DNA of 64,000 nt, from contig CM075985.1 in the NCBI GenBank assembly GCA_038087875.1, positions 16,616,001 to 16,680,000 on the forward strand. Reading direction: 5' to 3'. The position numbers and the translations under genes are program-made. The notes under the pieces are model-generated. The model worked only from the letters and a program-made list of their open reading frames with translations. It was not told the origin of the DNA and searched no databases. The stretch is from Malacoraja senta. Its lineage: Eukaryota. Each line of letters starts with the position of its first letter. Position 1 is the first letter of the stretch. This document shows, piece by piece, positions 50,925 through 63,996 of the stretch.

Positions 50925-51195
50925 AAGATACACCCTTCAGCCCATTGAACCCATGCCGACCACCGATCACCCACTCACACTAGTTACATGTTATCCCACT
51001 TTCACATCAACTCCTCACATCCATAGGGCAACTTTACAGAATCTAACTAATCTACAAATATGCATGTTTTGGAGGAATCGGAGCATCAGGAGGAAACCCA
51101 CACGGTCATGGGAGAACACGCAAACTCCACACAGACAGCACACAAAGATAGGGTTGACCTGGGTCTCTGGCACTGTGAGGAAGCGGCTCCACAGA
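50925..51195 (-). mobile_element. HE1-like V-SINE, diverged
   Basis: cccttcagcccattgaacccatgccgacc tail; V-domain aaactccacacagacagcac. Confidence 0.78.
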
Positions 51196-51247
51196 AGCTC
51201 ATTCACAAAAGTCTCAAAGGCACATTCTCAAACACCCTGATATATTT

Positions 51248-52245
51248 TCAAGTCAAGTCACTTTTATTTATATAGCACATTTAAAAAACTCTCGTTGGCC
51301 AAAGTGCTTTACATTGGTGGAGGTACTAATGTTATGCAACAGTGGTTCATATATTAAATACATACAACACTACATACATAAAGCCCTCGCTCAGAGGACA
51401 TCAAGAAAGGCTTGGGAGTAGAGATGAGTTTTGTCTCGACTTAAAGGAGTCGATGGAGGGGGCAGTTCTGATGGGAAGAGGGATGCTGTTCCACAGTCTA
51501 GGAGCTGCAACCGCAAAGGCGCGATCGCCCCTGAGCTTATGCCTAGACCGCGGAATGTTCAGTAACCCCAAGTCGGCCGATCTGAGGGACCTGGAGGTGG
51601 TGTGGTGGGTAAGCAGACTATTGATGTAGGTGGGGGCAAGCCCATTAAGGGCTTTGTAGACATAAAGGAGGATCTTGAAATTTATACGGAACCGCACAGG
51701 GAGCCAGTGGAGAGAGGCCAGGATCGGGGTGATGTGGTCCCTTTTTCGGGTGCCCGTCAGGAGTCTCGCTGCAGCGTTTTGGACCAGTTGCAGGTGGGAC
51801 AGGGAAGATTGGCTGATGCCAGTGTAGAGGGAGTTGCAGTAATCTAGGCAGGAGGAGATAAATGTGTGGATGATCTTTTCGAGGTCATCAAACTGGAAGA
51901 ATTGTTTTATTTTAGCTATCGTCCGAAGCTGAAAGAAGCTAGCTTTTACCACGGCATTGACTTGTTTGTCAAATTTCAGTGCTGAGTCAATTATCACGCC
52001 AAGGTTTTTGACGTGAGGTTTGAGTAGTGGGGTAAGGCTTCCAAGGCTGCCTGCTATCATTTTGATTGAGTCCGAGGGGCTGAGAAGGATGACCTCAGAC
52101 TTACTCTTGTTTAGTTGGAGGAAGTTCTGGGCCATCCAACACTTTATATCCTCGAGGCAGCGGATAAGGTTAAGCAGATTTGATTGTTTTTGGGCTTCAG
52201 GGGGAGATAGAGTTGTGTATCGTCTGCGTAGCAACGGAAGGATTT
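51248..52245 (-). mobile_element. L2-clade LINE, 5'-truncated at the RT YADD motif, well preserved
   Basis: CYADDTQLYLPL (YADD at 52219-52230, frameshifted relative to the ORF), then WMAQNFLQLNKSKSEV...LDYCNSL...LQLVQNAAARLLT...HITPILASLHWLPV...RAFAVAAPRLWNS; tail tgtaaagcactttggcc...gtgctatataaataaaa(gtgactt)n. Confidence 0.95.
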
Positions 52246-54464
52246 TATTCCAGTACACAGGATTGAAGCCAGCTGCAGCACAGTACATTATCCCAAATCT
52301 GTTTATTCTGAATCCTTTTCTGGTTGTCACTTCCATTGATTAGTTCGTGGCTTAATGCCCATTGCTCCATATCCATTACATTTGAAACTCCAAATTCAAC
52401 ATCCAACATTTCTTTTAATTTGGAAAATACAATTACTATTGCCTCCACGATTTTTCTCCTGTTGAACGCTTGAACTAATCTTTAATTCCTGGTGCCTCCA
52501 GGCATATTCAGATGAGTTGAGAGCCTAATCCCTCCATTGATACACAGACCACGGAGGTTCCTTGCTCTGAGGGTCATTTCTACCCCACCCTTCATCGCCT
52601 CTTTTCATCCTCACCTCTTTAAGTCATCATTTAGATACCCTGACTGATATCTCCTTACTTGGCTTTTTCACACATATGTTAGTGTTAACGCATTTATGTC
52701 AATAAATAGGTTTTACCCCTATTTGGTGAGCTGGGCTACTGTTACCCATGGCTTTTTAGCTACACAAATTACCACTAGGTGGAGCTTAATCCTAGAAATT
52801 AAATGGTCATTTAGTTGTATCTAGCTTCAATAGTGTTATGGAATGTGATTAAAGATCATGGAAGGTGATCCCACAACTCCTTAGCATCAATTATAGACAT
52901 GTCACCAAACAAATGCACTATCTGGGCATACTCACCAATGCAAATAAAGATCTGTCCTAGTTCTTGCAAAGGGCTTCACCTGAAACATTATCCCAGTATC
53001 TCTCTCCACAGATGCCTACATGATCAGCTGAAGATTTCAATTACTCTCCCTCTTTATTTCAGATTTCCAACATTTGCAATTATTTTGCTTTTCAGATGTA
53101 CACACTGTTGCTAACAAATGAATTTCACCCCTGTTTGGTGAGTTGAGCTACTGTTACTCTTGGCACTAACACCCCCCCCCCCCCTCACAGAAAGCCTGCA
53201 ATTGGATAATAAGAGACTTGAAACAATGCACAAGATTTCCTGAAAGAAGGATGTGTTCAATCAGTACCTGCATATTTCCCAATGGGAGCTGCAGATATCC
53301 AACACCTTTGCCATGTGTTTTGCCAAGCTGGACACAGCAAATATTGGTAAATCTTCAAGGATTCATCTCCAGGGCAGTAACTGAGAGGCTGCACAGCAGA
53401 CTGTCCTGGAGGAGAGGGAGGACACGAGGCAGAAGGGACAGGGCAATATTTGGTACCTGTTGCTATCCTTCACACAATTCACTGTCCTCGACAACTTCTG
53501 TACAGAGTACCCCAATGCTACAGCAAGTTGTGGGCCATTGGTAGGGCAGGGATTGCAACAAAGTATATAAAGCTAAATAACTCATAGAATGATCAAACAG
53601 AAATTAGGTCCATCTGCTCATGATGTCTGTGATGAACATATTGCCAAATTAAAGTAATCCCTTCGGCCTGCACTTGATCCATATCCCACTATTTGCTCTA
53701 AGTTCAAAGGAGTATCAAACTGATATGCCTCTACAGTCTAAAGGCCTGTTACTTTATGCTGAATAAGCTCGCCTTCTCTCACTCTCTCTCTTTTGAGATA
53801 GCATCTGCTGTAATTGTGACATTAAATAATAATAATCACATCTGAGTTGGCAGTGTTTAGTTGCGGTACTTCATCCACTCTTAAAGGTTGTACATCGGAT
53901 TGTTATACATTCCATAGTCTATTCCTGATCACCATAGTCACGTACAGGTGGTGTGCTTAATTACTATTTATACACTTGCCCTGATTTGTGGAGATGCTGC
54001 CAAGGGATGATCATTACCTACATGAGAATTCTGTGCTGGATCTTTCACAAGGCACTTTTGCAATCTTCGTTGGCTTTCTTCAGGATTTAAACTACTTTGT
54101 TGGCAATACAGCACATTGAACCCAAAGAGTTTGTGCGTTTTCAAACAGGAGAACTTGATGAGGTTCTGGTAAACAGTGAGTTGTTTGTTTGCATAACACA
54201 ATGGCAATTCATTGGATATAGTGACCCAAGAGTGAAAATCCACCCCATGAGATATGAAATTTCCCTCATCGCCATTTAAAACACGACCAGGTTCAGGAGC
54301 AGCTTCTTTCCTACAACTATCAGGTTGTTGAATTGATCCGCACAATCCCAATCCTAGCTCGGTAATGGAATGCTATGGAGCGCCTCTTGCTCTCCACAGA
54401 CTTTCTTTTAGTTGTGTTGTGCACTTTTGTCTTGTTTTTTGCAGTTTTTATTTATTTAACTGCC

Positions 54465-54662
54465 TTTCAGAGGGTGGTGGAAGCCGGTTCTCTGGGTACT
54501 TTCAAGAGAGAACTAGATAGGGCTCTTAAAGATAGCGGAGAGGAGATATGGGGAGAAGGCAGGAGCGGGGTACTGATTGTGGATGATCAGCCATGATCAC
54601 ATTGAATGGCGGTGCTGGCTCGAATGGCCTACTCCTGCACCTATTGTCTATTGTCTATTGTA
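54465..54662 (+). mobile_element. CR1/HER1 3' end nested in a Rex-type tail (~54240-54810)
   Basis: QRVVEAGSLGTFKRELDRALKDSG; (tattgtc)n tail. Confidence 0.85.
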
Positions 54663-56164
54663 TATTATCGACAATTATAGGTAATTTATGTATAATTTAT
54701 TTATAATTTAAGTGATGTGTGTTGTCTGAGCTTATATGCTGGTGAAGCTGCTGTAAGCAAGTATTTCATTGTACCTATACCTCACCGTTCTCATGTGTAT
54801 GACAAGAAAGTTGACTTGTTAAAACAGCTAATATTATACATATCACACAGGAAAGAAATTGATAAACATCTAAAAAAGAAATCAAAAAGGCTTTGATTTT
54901 TCTTCCCTCGTAAGTGTAAATTATTTCGCCGTTGGTTTAGTTTAACTAAAAATGAATCCTTCATCATTTGCTGGATCACATTGTTAAACCGATAAGCTGT
55001 GCAGCACAATTTCAGTGAAAATCTGTTTAACTGGCTTGAAAATGTAAAATAAGACAGGAATTAGGGAACGAAAGGGATCGGATTTGAAGAAATCTCATTA
55101 ATCAGTGCATTGTAATCCAGCCGTTCCTTTATCTCGACTCGAGATATTATCATACCAAATTATTCAGATGATCAAGTCCTTTACAATCTAAAAACTCATT
55201 TAATTTTCACATCTTTTAGAAATTGAACTTAAAATAAAATTTGCAGATTTTTGTGCAAACAATATGCACAAATTATAACATGTTCTGAATACAAAGCAGA
55301 AAAATAGTTTTGATAGGTTTAGCTAAATAATAGATCAATTCAAATAACAATCTAAATGAAAATTTAATGAGATTTTCGCAGATAGACAGGATCAGTTTAA
55401 TCTTTGTAATCTTACTTGAGTTGCTCTGCACCTAGCATGGGACTTGAACAAAAGTAGCTGACCAGCTCAGAATATTAATGAGAAATACTGAATGCAGGTT
55501 GTATTTAAAAAACATCGGAGCATAACATCCTCTTGTGACAAAAGGCTAATGGTCTTCCTTTCTGATCATTTTAATTGCTATCAATCAGAAGATGATTGTT
55601 TTGTGGTTTTTTCCATATACGCTTACTAAATTATAAAATAATCCGTCCTGTTAAAGGTCTAGTCATGTTCCTATTTATGATCATTACTAACTCAGTGATT
55701 GTATAGGTCAACGATTGTGTTTCTTTTGCAAAAGCTTGAAATGAATGTAAGATTTTCGTTCACGTTACAAGTTATTTTTGCACTGAACAACAAATACTGG
55801 CTTGAAATGCTTTGTATCTTCCGCCAGTTTCTTCTCCCATATTGTATAATGTCAGAAAACTTCACTAGGGTCGTAATCATTGGAGAGAAACATTTAAACT
55901 CTCTAGGCAGGTCAGCAGTTTAAGGTTCAAGATATTTCATTGTTAAACAACACTGCTATCTTCAGAACAATCATTTTCCAGTGGAGGATTCAAACCAATA
56001 CACATCTACAGAAATAGTGATGTTTGTTGTTCCTCCAATAATGAGATAAGGATTGAAGTCCTTTAGGAAATGAATGCAGCTGAGGGGAATATTCTGCTGA
56101 GGGTACAGTGTGATTATAAATAGGCCTGCAGCATGTTAGCAGGCCTATTTAAAATAATATAAAA

Positions 56165-56570
56165 ACTTCTAGCCGGGCGGCTGAACTCGCTTCGAGTCTC
56201 TTCGGACGCGGAGCCTGCCAGAAAGCTCGTCGGATGTGGAATGGAGTCCCTGGATACATCAGGTGTGGAGGGCAAGAGCCGGTAGGAGGATGAACAGGGG
56301 TAATGCCTCCAGCGCCTTTAGGTAGGCTGCAGGAGGTTGACCCCGGGACACAAGATGGCTGACGAGGAGAAGAGAGAGAGATGACGGTTCGTGCATAGTG
56401 CCGGTCGTGGGCGATGGAGGGGGATTGGGAGCCGCTCCAGTAGAACGAACACGTGGGAATCGGACTTTGAACTCGATAAAATAGCACCGCCATTATTAAA
56501 TGCAAAATGAATTTCACTGTGTAATGTTTAATTGCATATGTGACAATAAATATACATTGAACCATTGAAT
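56165..56570 (+). mobile_element. GC-rich non-autonomous element with TGACAATAAA-(cattgaa)n tail
   Basis: CpG-rich body, aatttcactgtg...catatgtgacaataaa, cattgaaccattgaa. Confidence 0.55.
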
Positions 56571-57039
56571 CATCCTCGTCTGAGACACAAGTGACCGCAG
56601 GTGGTGGGATCTTCAGTTAAAAAAAAATCTGCTGGAGAAATTTGTTGGTTAGGCAGCATCCATGGAGGGATACAGACAAAGAACATTTTGGATCAGACCC
56701 CTTCTTCAGACTCTCATTCCTCGTGAATGTCAGCTCCAAAATATAATCTGTGCTGCTGTTGGCAGTTGGAGAAGTTGTGTGCGGCGAGGTTAGTACAGAC
56801 AGCCTGCTAACATGCTGCAGGCCTATTTATAATCACACTGTACCTGCAGATGAGATTGATGTCCTCTGGGAAATGAATGCAGCTGAGGGGAATATTCTGC
56901 TGAGGGATATTTCCAATGATTATTCATTAATAATTATTGGATATATTTCATAGCACTATTTTGCCTTCAGCTGCTTGTATAGTATGATAAAAATAGACCT
57001 GCAGCACAGATAAGATGAATGCACACAGTCCATTCCCCC

Positions 57040-57335
57040 ATGGTTACGGAATCTAGAACCAGAGGGCATAGATTTAAGATGAGCGGTGGAAGAATTTATA
57101 GGAACCTGAGGGGCAGTTTTTCCTTGTACACAGAATGGTGAGTATGTGGAACAAGCTTCGACAGGAGGTGGTTGAGGCAGGTACAATAACAACATTGTAA
57201 ATACATTTGGATCAGTCCATGGCCAGGAAAGGTTCAGAGGGATATGGGTGAACTGGAGATGGGCATAGCTTTGATGATCATCTTGGTTGGCATGGGCATG
57301 TTAGGCCAAAGAGCTTCTTTCCGTGTTACATAACT
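57040..57335 (+). mobile_element. CR1 3' fragment
   Basis: gaatctagaaccagagggcatagatttaag...ggttgaggcaggtacaataacaacatt. Confidence 0.8.
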
Positions 57336-58724
57336 TTTCACTTTAATAGCTTTGAGGAGTCAGGAACCAAGGCATTCATGTAACAGATGAACCCAACCAG
57401 CAAAAAAAGAGGACAGCCTTAAGAACGATGTAGACATGGAGAGAGATCCCTTGGAGGGCAAACTTAGCTTTGGTGAGGCTCCCAGCCATTCATGGGTCCT
57501 GTGGTTAACTATTTAATCTATAGTCTGCTTGCATGGCTCATGCAGTTGCCTAATCACACCTGTTTACTGGATTTTACTCCTGGATATCTAATTGATATTC
57601 ACACAGTACTGATTTCTGCACTCTGTATCTTCCCCTTTGCTCCATCTATTGTACTTGAGTTTGATCTATCTGATCGGATAGCATGCAAAACAAAGCTTTT
57701 CACTCTACCTCAGCACATGTGACAATAATAAACCTAAACCTCTTTGGTCAGATACAAAGTCCTACCAGCGCACTGGGTCTCATTCCTTAATGGCCATAAC
57801 TGAAATAGTTCAAATAGTTGAAATAGGTCAGATTTATGGCAAACTCAAAGCTTTCTTGTTCATTTATCTCCATCACATGAATTAGCTCTTTTATTAGGTC
57901 ATGAATAGGAGTGGAATTAGGCCATTCAGCCCATCAAGTCTACTCCATTATTCAATCATTGAATTCAAATTCATGGTAAATTGTGAACTCTTGTGTTGAT
58001 CTACTCCAAGTCATTACCCTCTCCAAAATTCAAACAAAGAGGCATTAAACGTCGCACGGTGACCCACCACAGGGCCTTCAGATGCAAGAGGAGAAGCAAT
58101 CTGTTGGGTTGGATGGAGGGGGTAGATGGGAGGAGGTGCTTTGATTCATTTATTCAACACTCTCACAGTGTAAACACAACACTAAATTTCCAAGTCCGTA
58201 GTGTTGGAGTAACTCGCCAAGATCAGGCAGCATGGCTAGAGGAAATGGATAGGCGACAGTTTAGGTTGCGACCCTTCCCAATCTGAAACACTCACTATCC
58301 ATATCCTCGGAGATGCTGCATAAACTGTTGAGTTACTCCAGCACTCGGTATTCTACTCAAGATTCCAGCATCTGCAGTTCCTTGTGTCTCAAATAGATTT
58401 TAAAAGGTAGGTTCTAATCTCCCAGAGAATTCACAATTATGAAATGTTTAACTTTGAATAATACCCATGGATAAAAAAGCAAACTTCTGTCACTGTTAAT
58501 TTCTCTCCACAAATAAAAGGGCAGAAATTCCAAGCTTTTCCCAAGCTAGAACTTCAGGCATCAATATCAAAAAGAAACCACAGCTGCTGGAAATCTGAAC
58601 TAAAGACAGAAAGTGCAGAAAACACTTGGTGGATCAGGTAGTCTCTGTGAAAAGAGAAATGTTTCAGGTCTGTGCTGTTGATAAATCTGTTGGTCAGTTT
58701 ACTGTAGGTTATCCATAAAGTCAA

Positions 58725-58888
58725 AAAGGCATGGAGTGATACAGTGTGCAAACAGGCCCTTCAGCCCAACTTGCCCACACCGGCCAACATGTCCCAGCTA
58801 CACTTGTCCCACCTGCCTGCGTTTGGTCCATATCTCTCCAAACCTGACCTATCCATGTACCTGTCTAACTGTTTCTTCAATGCTGGGA
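58725..58888 (-). mobile_element. CR1 3' tail
   Basis: aaacaggcccttcagcccaacttgcccacaccggccaacatg...cctatccatgtacc; same family as 16295-16800. Confidence 0.8.
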
Positions 58889-60124
58889 TTTTCACAGAAC
58901 CTTTTCTCTCTCCAGCTCCGACCTGCAGTTCACAATGTTTCCATCATCCTTCATTCGTCTTCTCCCTTTCTCATAGTCCACGAACCAGAGGACTTGCATT
59001 AACAACTTCCCACCATGGCAATCCTGGCACACCTGTTCAAAGATACTCCCTTTACCCTGCTCATCATCCCCACATCCTCTCTCCAGCTTAAAACTAACTA
59101 GTTTCCTCTTTCACAATTCTGTTCAAGGATCTTTAAACTCAAACATTATCTCTGTTGCTCTTTCCACGAACATTGCTGATCCACTGAATGACTCCAGCAT
59201 TTTGTAGTTTTTAATTTCAGGATGTCTGACTTTTTCTGCTGAATGAGATGTTAACATTTTACTGTGAAAGTAGGAACCGTGTTGCTTTTCAAAACAAGCA
59301 CACAACATGATTTGTAACAGTTCAAGCTATGGCCTGGCCTCAACAATTAGCAGTGCAGGAAATGCTTGCAGCACTGTGTAATTATTCAACTGGTGTTTGC
59401 AGAGACAAATATCAAACGCATCCCAATTTGTGAAGCTGTAATTTATTCAGGGGCGTCCTGTTCTCTGCTGAGCATTGTGAAGATTACAGCTCTGGACATG
59501 TTACTGGAACGGATGCAGGGAATGATAGATGCTTTATTAGCAGCTCATGGCGGGATATTCAACAAAAAGCCATGACCTCTGAAAGGAAGATCCAACAGAA
59601 GGTAGTGCTGATTGAAGTCAAAATTCATCCTCAGTCTTTGGTTACAGCAGCAGTTACTTGTACAGTGATTAAGTATGCCTTCACTTACTCGATATTTTTT
59701 GAATTTATGTTATTTTGCATCTTGTCGATGCCCAGAAGATTTGTTTATTAATTTGATTTCTCTAACAGGACAAACTTAAATCATGTCACTTAATACTGTT
59801 AGAAAAAGTGTTCTTTTCTTTAGAATCACAGAATGATTACATCCTATCAAAGGTCATTCTAACATTTAATTCTGTTCCCTACTCTTTCCCTTTTAACTTT
59901 AGCTGGAATCCAGAATAGAAAATGGCTTTCCCCCACTGTCCACTTGCATCTCTTGAACATCATTGATTGTTTGATGTAAGATAGTGTATGGTAACAGTCC
60001 CTTCGGCCCACCAAGTCCATGCTGTCCATCGATCACCTGTTCACACTAGTTCTATGCTATCCCACTTTCCCATCCACTCCTGCTCACTAGGAACAATTTA
60101 TAGAGGACAATTATAGCCATCAGC

Positions 60125-61370
60125 TTTCTTCACTGCCTGGTGTACCTGCATGATTACTTTCAGTGACTGATGTACAAGCACACCCAGGTCTCATTGCACC
60201 TCCCCTTTTCCTTATCAGACACCATTCAGATAATAATCTGCCTTCCTGTTCTTGCCACCAAAATGGATAACCTCACATTTATCCACATTATACTGCATCT
60301 GCCATGCACCTGCCCACTCACCCAACCTATCCAAGTCACCCTGCAGCCTCATAGCATCCTCATCATAGCACACACTGTCACCCTGCTTTGTGTCATCTGC
60401 AAACTTGGAGATGTCATATTTAATTCCCTGGTTAATATATATTGTAAATAACTGGAGTCCCAGCACCGAGCCTTGTGGCACCCCACTAGTCACTGCCTGC
60501 CATTCTGAAAAGGACCCATTCATTCCTACTCATTGCTTCCTGTCTGCCAACCAGTTCTCTATCCATGTCAATACCCTCCCCCCAATACCATGTGCTCTAA
60601 TTTTGCACACCAATCTCTTGTGTGGATCCTTGTCAAAGGCTTTTTGAAAGTCCAGATACACCACATCCACTGGCTCTCCCTTATCCATTCTACTTGTTAC
60701 ATCCTTAAAAAATTCCAGAAGATTAATCAAGCATGATTTCCCCTTTATATATCCATGCTGACTTTGACCGATCCTGTCACTGCTTTCCAAATGCGCTGCT
60801 ATAACATCTTTAACAATCAACTCAAGCATTTTCCCCACTACCAATGTAAGGCTAACTGGTCTATAATTGTGTTTCTTATTTTCTTTTGGTGCTCTTGAAA
60901 TTGAATTCTGTCCTTGATTTGTGTACTGTGGTGTTTTTATATTTAATTTATTCCGATTATGTGTTTTGTATTTTTTTGTGATTCTATGCATTGTAAGGTG
61001 TCCTTGGGTTTTAGAAAGGTGCCAGTAAATAAAATGATGATTATTATTATTATTATTATGATTATTATAATTCCCCGTTTTCTCTCTCTCTCCTTTCTTA
61101 AAAAGTGGGGTTACATTGGCTACCCTCCAGGCCACAGGAACTGATCCAGAGTTGAGAGAATATTGGAAAATGATCACCAATGCATCCACGATTTCTCAAG
61201 CCACCTCGAGTAAGCTGGGATGCAAACCATCTGGCCCTGGGGATTTATCTGCCTTCAGTCCCAACAGTTTAGCTAACACCATTTCCTGACTAATGTGGAT
61301 TCCCTTCAGTTCCTCCCTCCCACCAGATCCTCGGTCTAGTATTTCTGGGAGATTGTTTGTGTCTTTCTTA
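60125..61370 (-). mobile_element. CR1 ORF2 internal RT fragment with a nested L2-type tail
   Basis: WRVANVTPLFKKG...NYRPVSLTLVVGKMLE...QHGYIKGKSCLINLLEFF...VDVVYLDFQKAFDK; GVPQGSVLG...KFADDTK. Confidence 0.93.
60869..61065 (+). mobile_element. L2-type 3' tail inserted in CR1, 7-bp TSD
   Basis: tgtaaggtgtccttgggttttagaaaggtgcc...aataaaatg(att)n; TSD tataatt at 60862-60868 and 61066-61072. Confidence 0.75.
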
Positions 61371-63732
61371 CAATTAAAACGTGCCTCACTCTATAGTAAA
61401 ACCAAATACGCTCCTTGCAAAACGTTAATGTCCATGTAACTCCTTGCATCTGTTTATTATTGCATGAAACATTAGCAAAACTACACAATGCTAAAGAATA
61501 TCAGAAACATTCTATACTTGACCTAGATATAGAAACTGAGATGCTTCCACTTCATTAGGCTTGCCATTCTGGATCAGGAGCAAGATGAAGAATCAGTCAC
61601 AATGTATTCCCATTCCCCCTTAGCCAGAGCTACTTTGTGAAATAGCCAAAAGCAGCATCTTCCACAATGGAGACATTGCCTGCACTAAGATGGACTTAGC
61701 GCATGTCAACAATCAACAGAAAGCATAAAAGCAGAGACCAGAAAATAAATCACTGCGTATAAGAAGCATACTGCTTTCACAAAACAGGCACAATCTAATA
61801 ATGCCCAACCAACCCTGCTCAGTTAAACACTGAAACTTAAGCTCTGCACTAATTGTTTCTGAGACAAAGACAGACCTTTCCAAGTTAGCAAATTGCCTCT
61901 GGACTTTAACAGTGAAAGAGCACAGAAAATGGATGCTGTGAGAAAAGGAATGTTAGGAGCATTATTTTTCATTTATCAAACAGGTTCTGAACATTTATAT
62001 TACTTTATTAGGTACTTCTATTAAATATTTTATTGCACCCTCTTGTGTTTTGTTTAACACCTTTGTGAGGCTAAAATGACCCACTTGAGAGTATCCTTTC
62101 CAATTTGTTTTAAAAAGTGAAGCAGCATTTGTCACTTCTAATATGGTTCTTGTTTTCAAGATTTTGAAAATGACTAAACTAGGTTACCAGTAACATTACA
62201 GTGCATGGCACATACCATTCACATTGTGGATTTATCAAGTGCACTGGAGTATAGATCATTACAGCACTGATTTTTCAACTTTAATTCAAATTACATCTTC
62301 TCTCACAGCGCTCTCTTACAACTGACTCACAGCAGTTGCATCCTCTTTAGCTAATTCTATGGACATTACACTATTCTGTAGATTAACTCTATATTTTAAA
62401 TCTCCTTATTCTGCATTGTAAGATTGCAGTACTCAACTCACTCTCAAATGGGTACACCCCTTGTCTCAATGAGCACATCAGTAGCAGTTATACCAATCAT
62501 ACAAACATCTAGAAATGGTAAATGAAATGGAAACATGGAAACATGGCATGAAATTGATTGAAATACTGCACAATTTCTTGCATTTTTTGTCATTGTCTCT
62601 GCATTTCTTGGAATAGTATAGGTTTATAATGTTATATGTAGACCCAAAGATAGCATAAAGTTTCACCTTTCATGGATCTGCCCAGATCTGACAATGGTGA
62701 TTTTTATCGTGGTCAACCTCTAAATGTGGGCAAATAATCTTTGAATAATTGCTGCTTTATAAGATTCAACACATCAGAGGAGCATTAAAAGCTGCATTAG
62801 AAAAAAATGCGCTGCTTTTATGGTAAGAGAATCCAAGCAACTAATATTTAAGACAAAGAATTTGAAAATATAACAATAATAACAAATAAATGTTTAAAAT
62901 GGCATCCAAGAAACACACACTGACTCAACAGATTCTTTATTCCGTTTTCTCCTTACATTTAGTTTGGTGCACTTATTAAGGTCATGTTCAGTCACCAAGT
63001 TGTGAAAATCCTTGCTCTTCTGGGGCCATGAACTAATGGACCATTACAGTTAAAGGTGTTTAAATCCCATCCTGGGCTGCTGTTGAGTTGAATCTTTGGA
63101 TTTGATAGCATAAGAAAGGATTGTGGCCATTTGGATCCAAAACTGTTTCATTGGTAGCAAGAACAGGTTAATGGTCAATAGGAATCCCACTTTAACTGAG
63201 ATCTCTAGGACTCATTATTGGGCCCTTTGCTTTCTGCGCCATGTATTAACAATTTGCCTGTTGGAACAATATTGAGAAAGAATGCTGAAAAGTGCAGTAA
63301 GCTTTCAATACATAGATCAGGTTGAGAGAAAAGTGACAAAATAAATTAATTCCATATCTTAGAAACATGGTGGAACCCTGGAGTACTTGTTCACACGTCC
63401 ATGAAAATGACAGAAATTGGTAGGGTTATTAAGCCATCAGGAATACTTTTTTTTTCTAATTACTGAGGTATGAAACACAAGTGTGATGGTATACTCACTA
63501 ACTGTCTGAATGAATATCACTCCAGCAAGATCTAAAATTTAAAAAAACAGCCTGTTTGCGTGGTACCCCAGTCACCATGTTAAACATACACACTCCTTCT
63601 CCCAAGAGCACACCATTCCTGCTGTCTGCACCATCCAAAAGATGTACTGTCAGTACTTGACGAGATATATTTGCCACTGTCTCCCAAAGTAGGTCATAGA
63701 CTGTAAGTATGTACTTACTCCCCTCAAAGTAG

Positions 63733-63996
63733 GCCTTACAGCACCAGCGATCCTGACTACCGGTGCTGTCTGTATGGAGTTTGTATGTTCTCCCCGTGAT
63801 CACGTGGGTTTTCCCCAGGTGCTCTGGTTTCCTCCCACAATCCAAAGACATACAGGTTTGTTGGTAAATTTGGCTTCAGTAAATGTAAATTGTCCCTGAT
63901 CTGTAGGATAGTGCGAGTGTACGGGAATCGCTGACCAGCACGAACTCAGTGGGTCGAAGGGCCTATTTCCCCGCTGTATCTCTAAACTAAACTAAG
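63733..63996 (+). mobile_element. HE1-like V-SINE, 5'-truncated
   Basis: gccttacagcacc...gatcctgactaccggtgctgtctgtatggagtttgtatgttctccccgtg; tail tatctctaaactaaacta. Confidence 0.88.

Noticed and set aside
51401-52336. 311-aa ORF as a host gene
   Set aside because: It is an L2 ORF2 C-terminus; the N-terminal part is out-of-frame RT sequence and flank.
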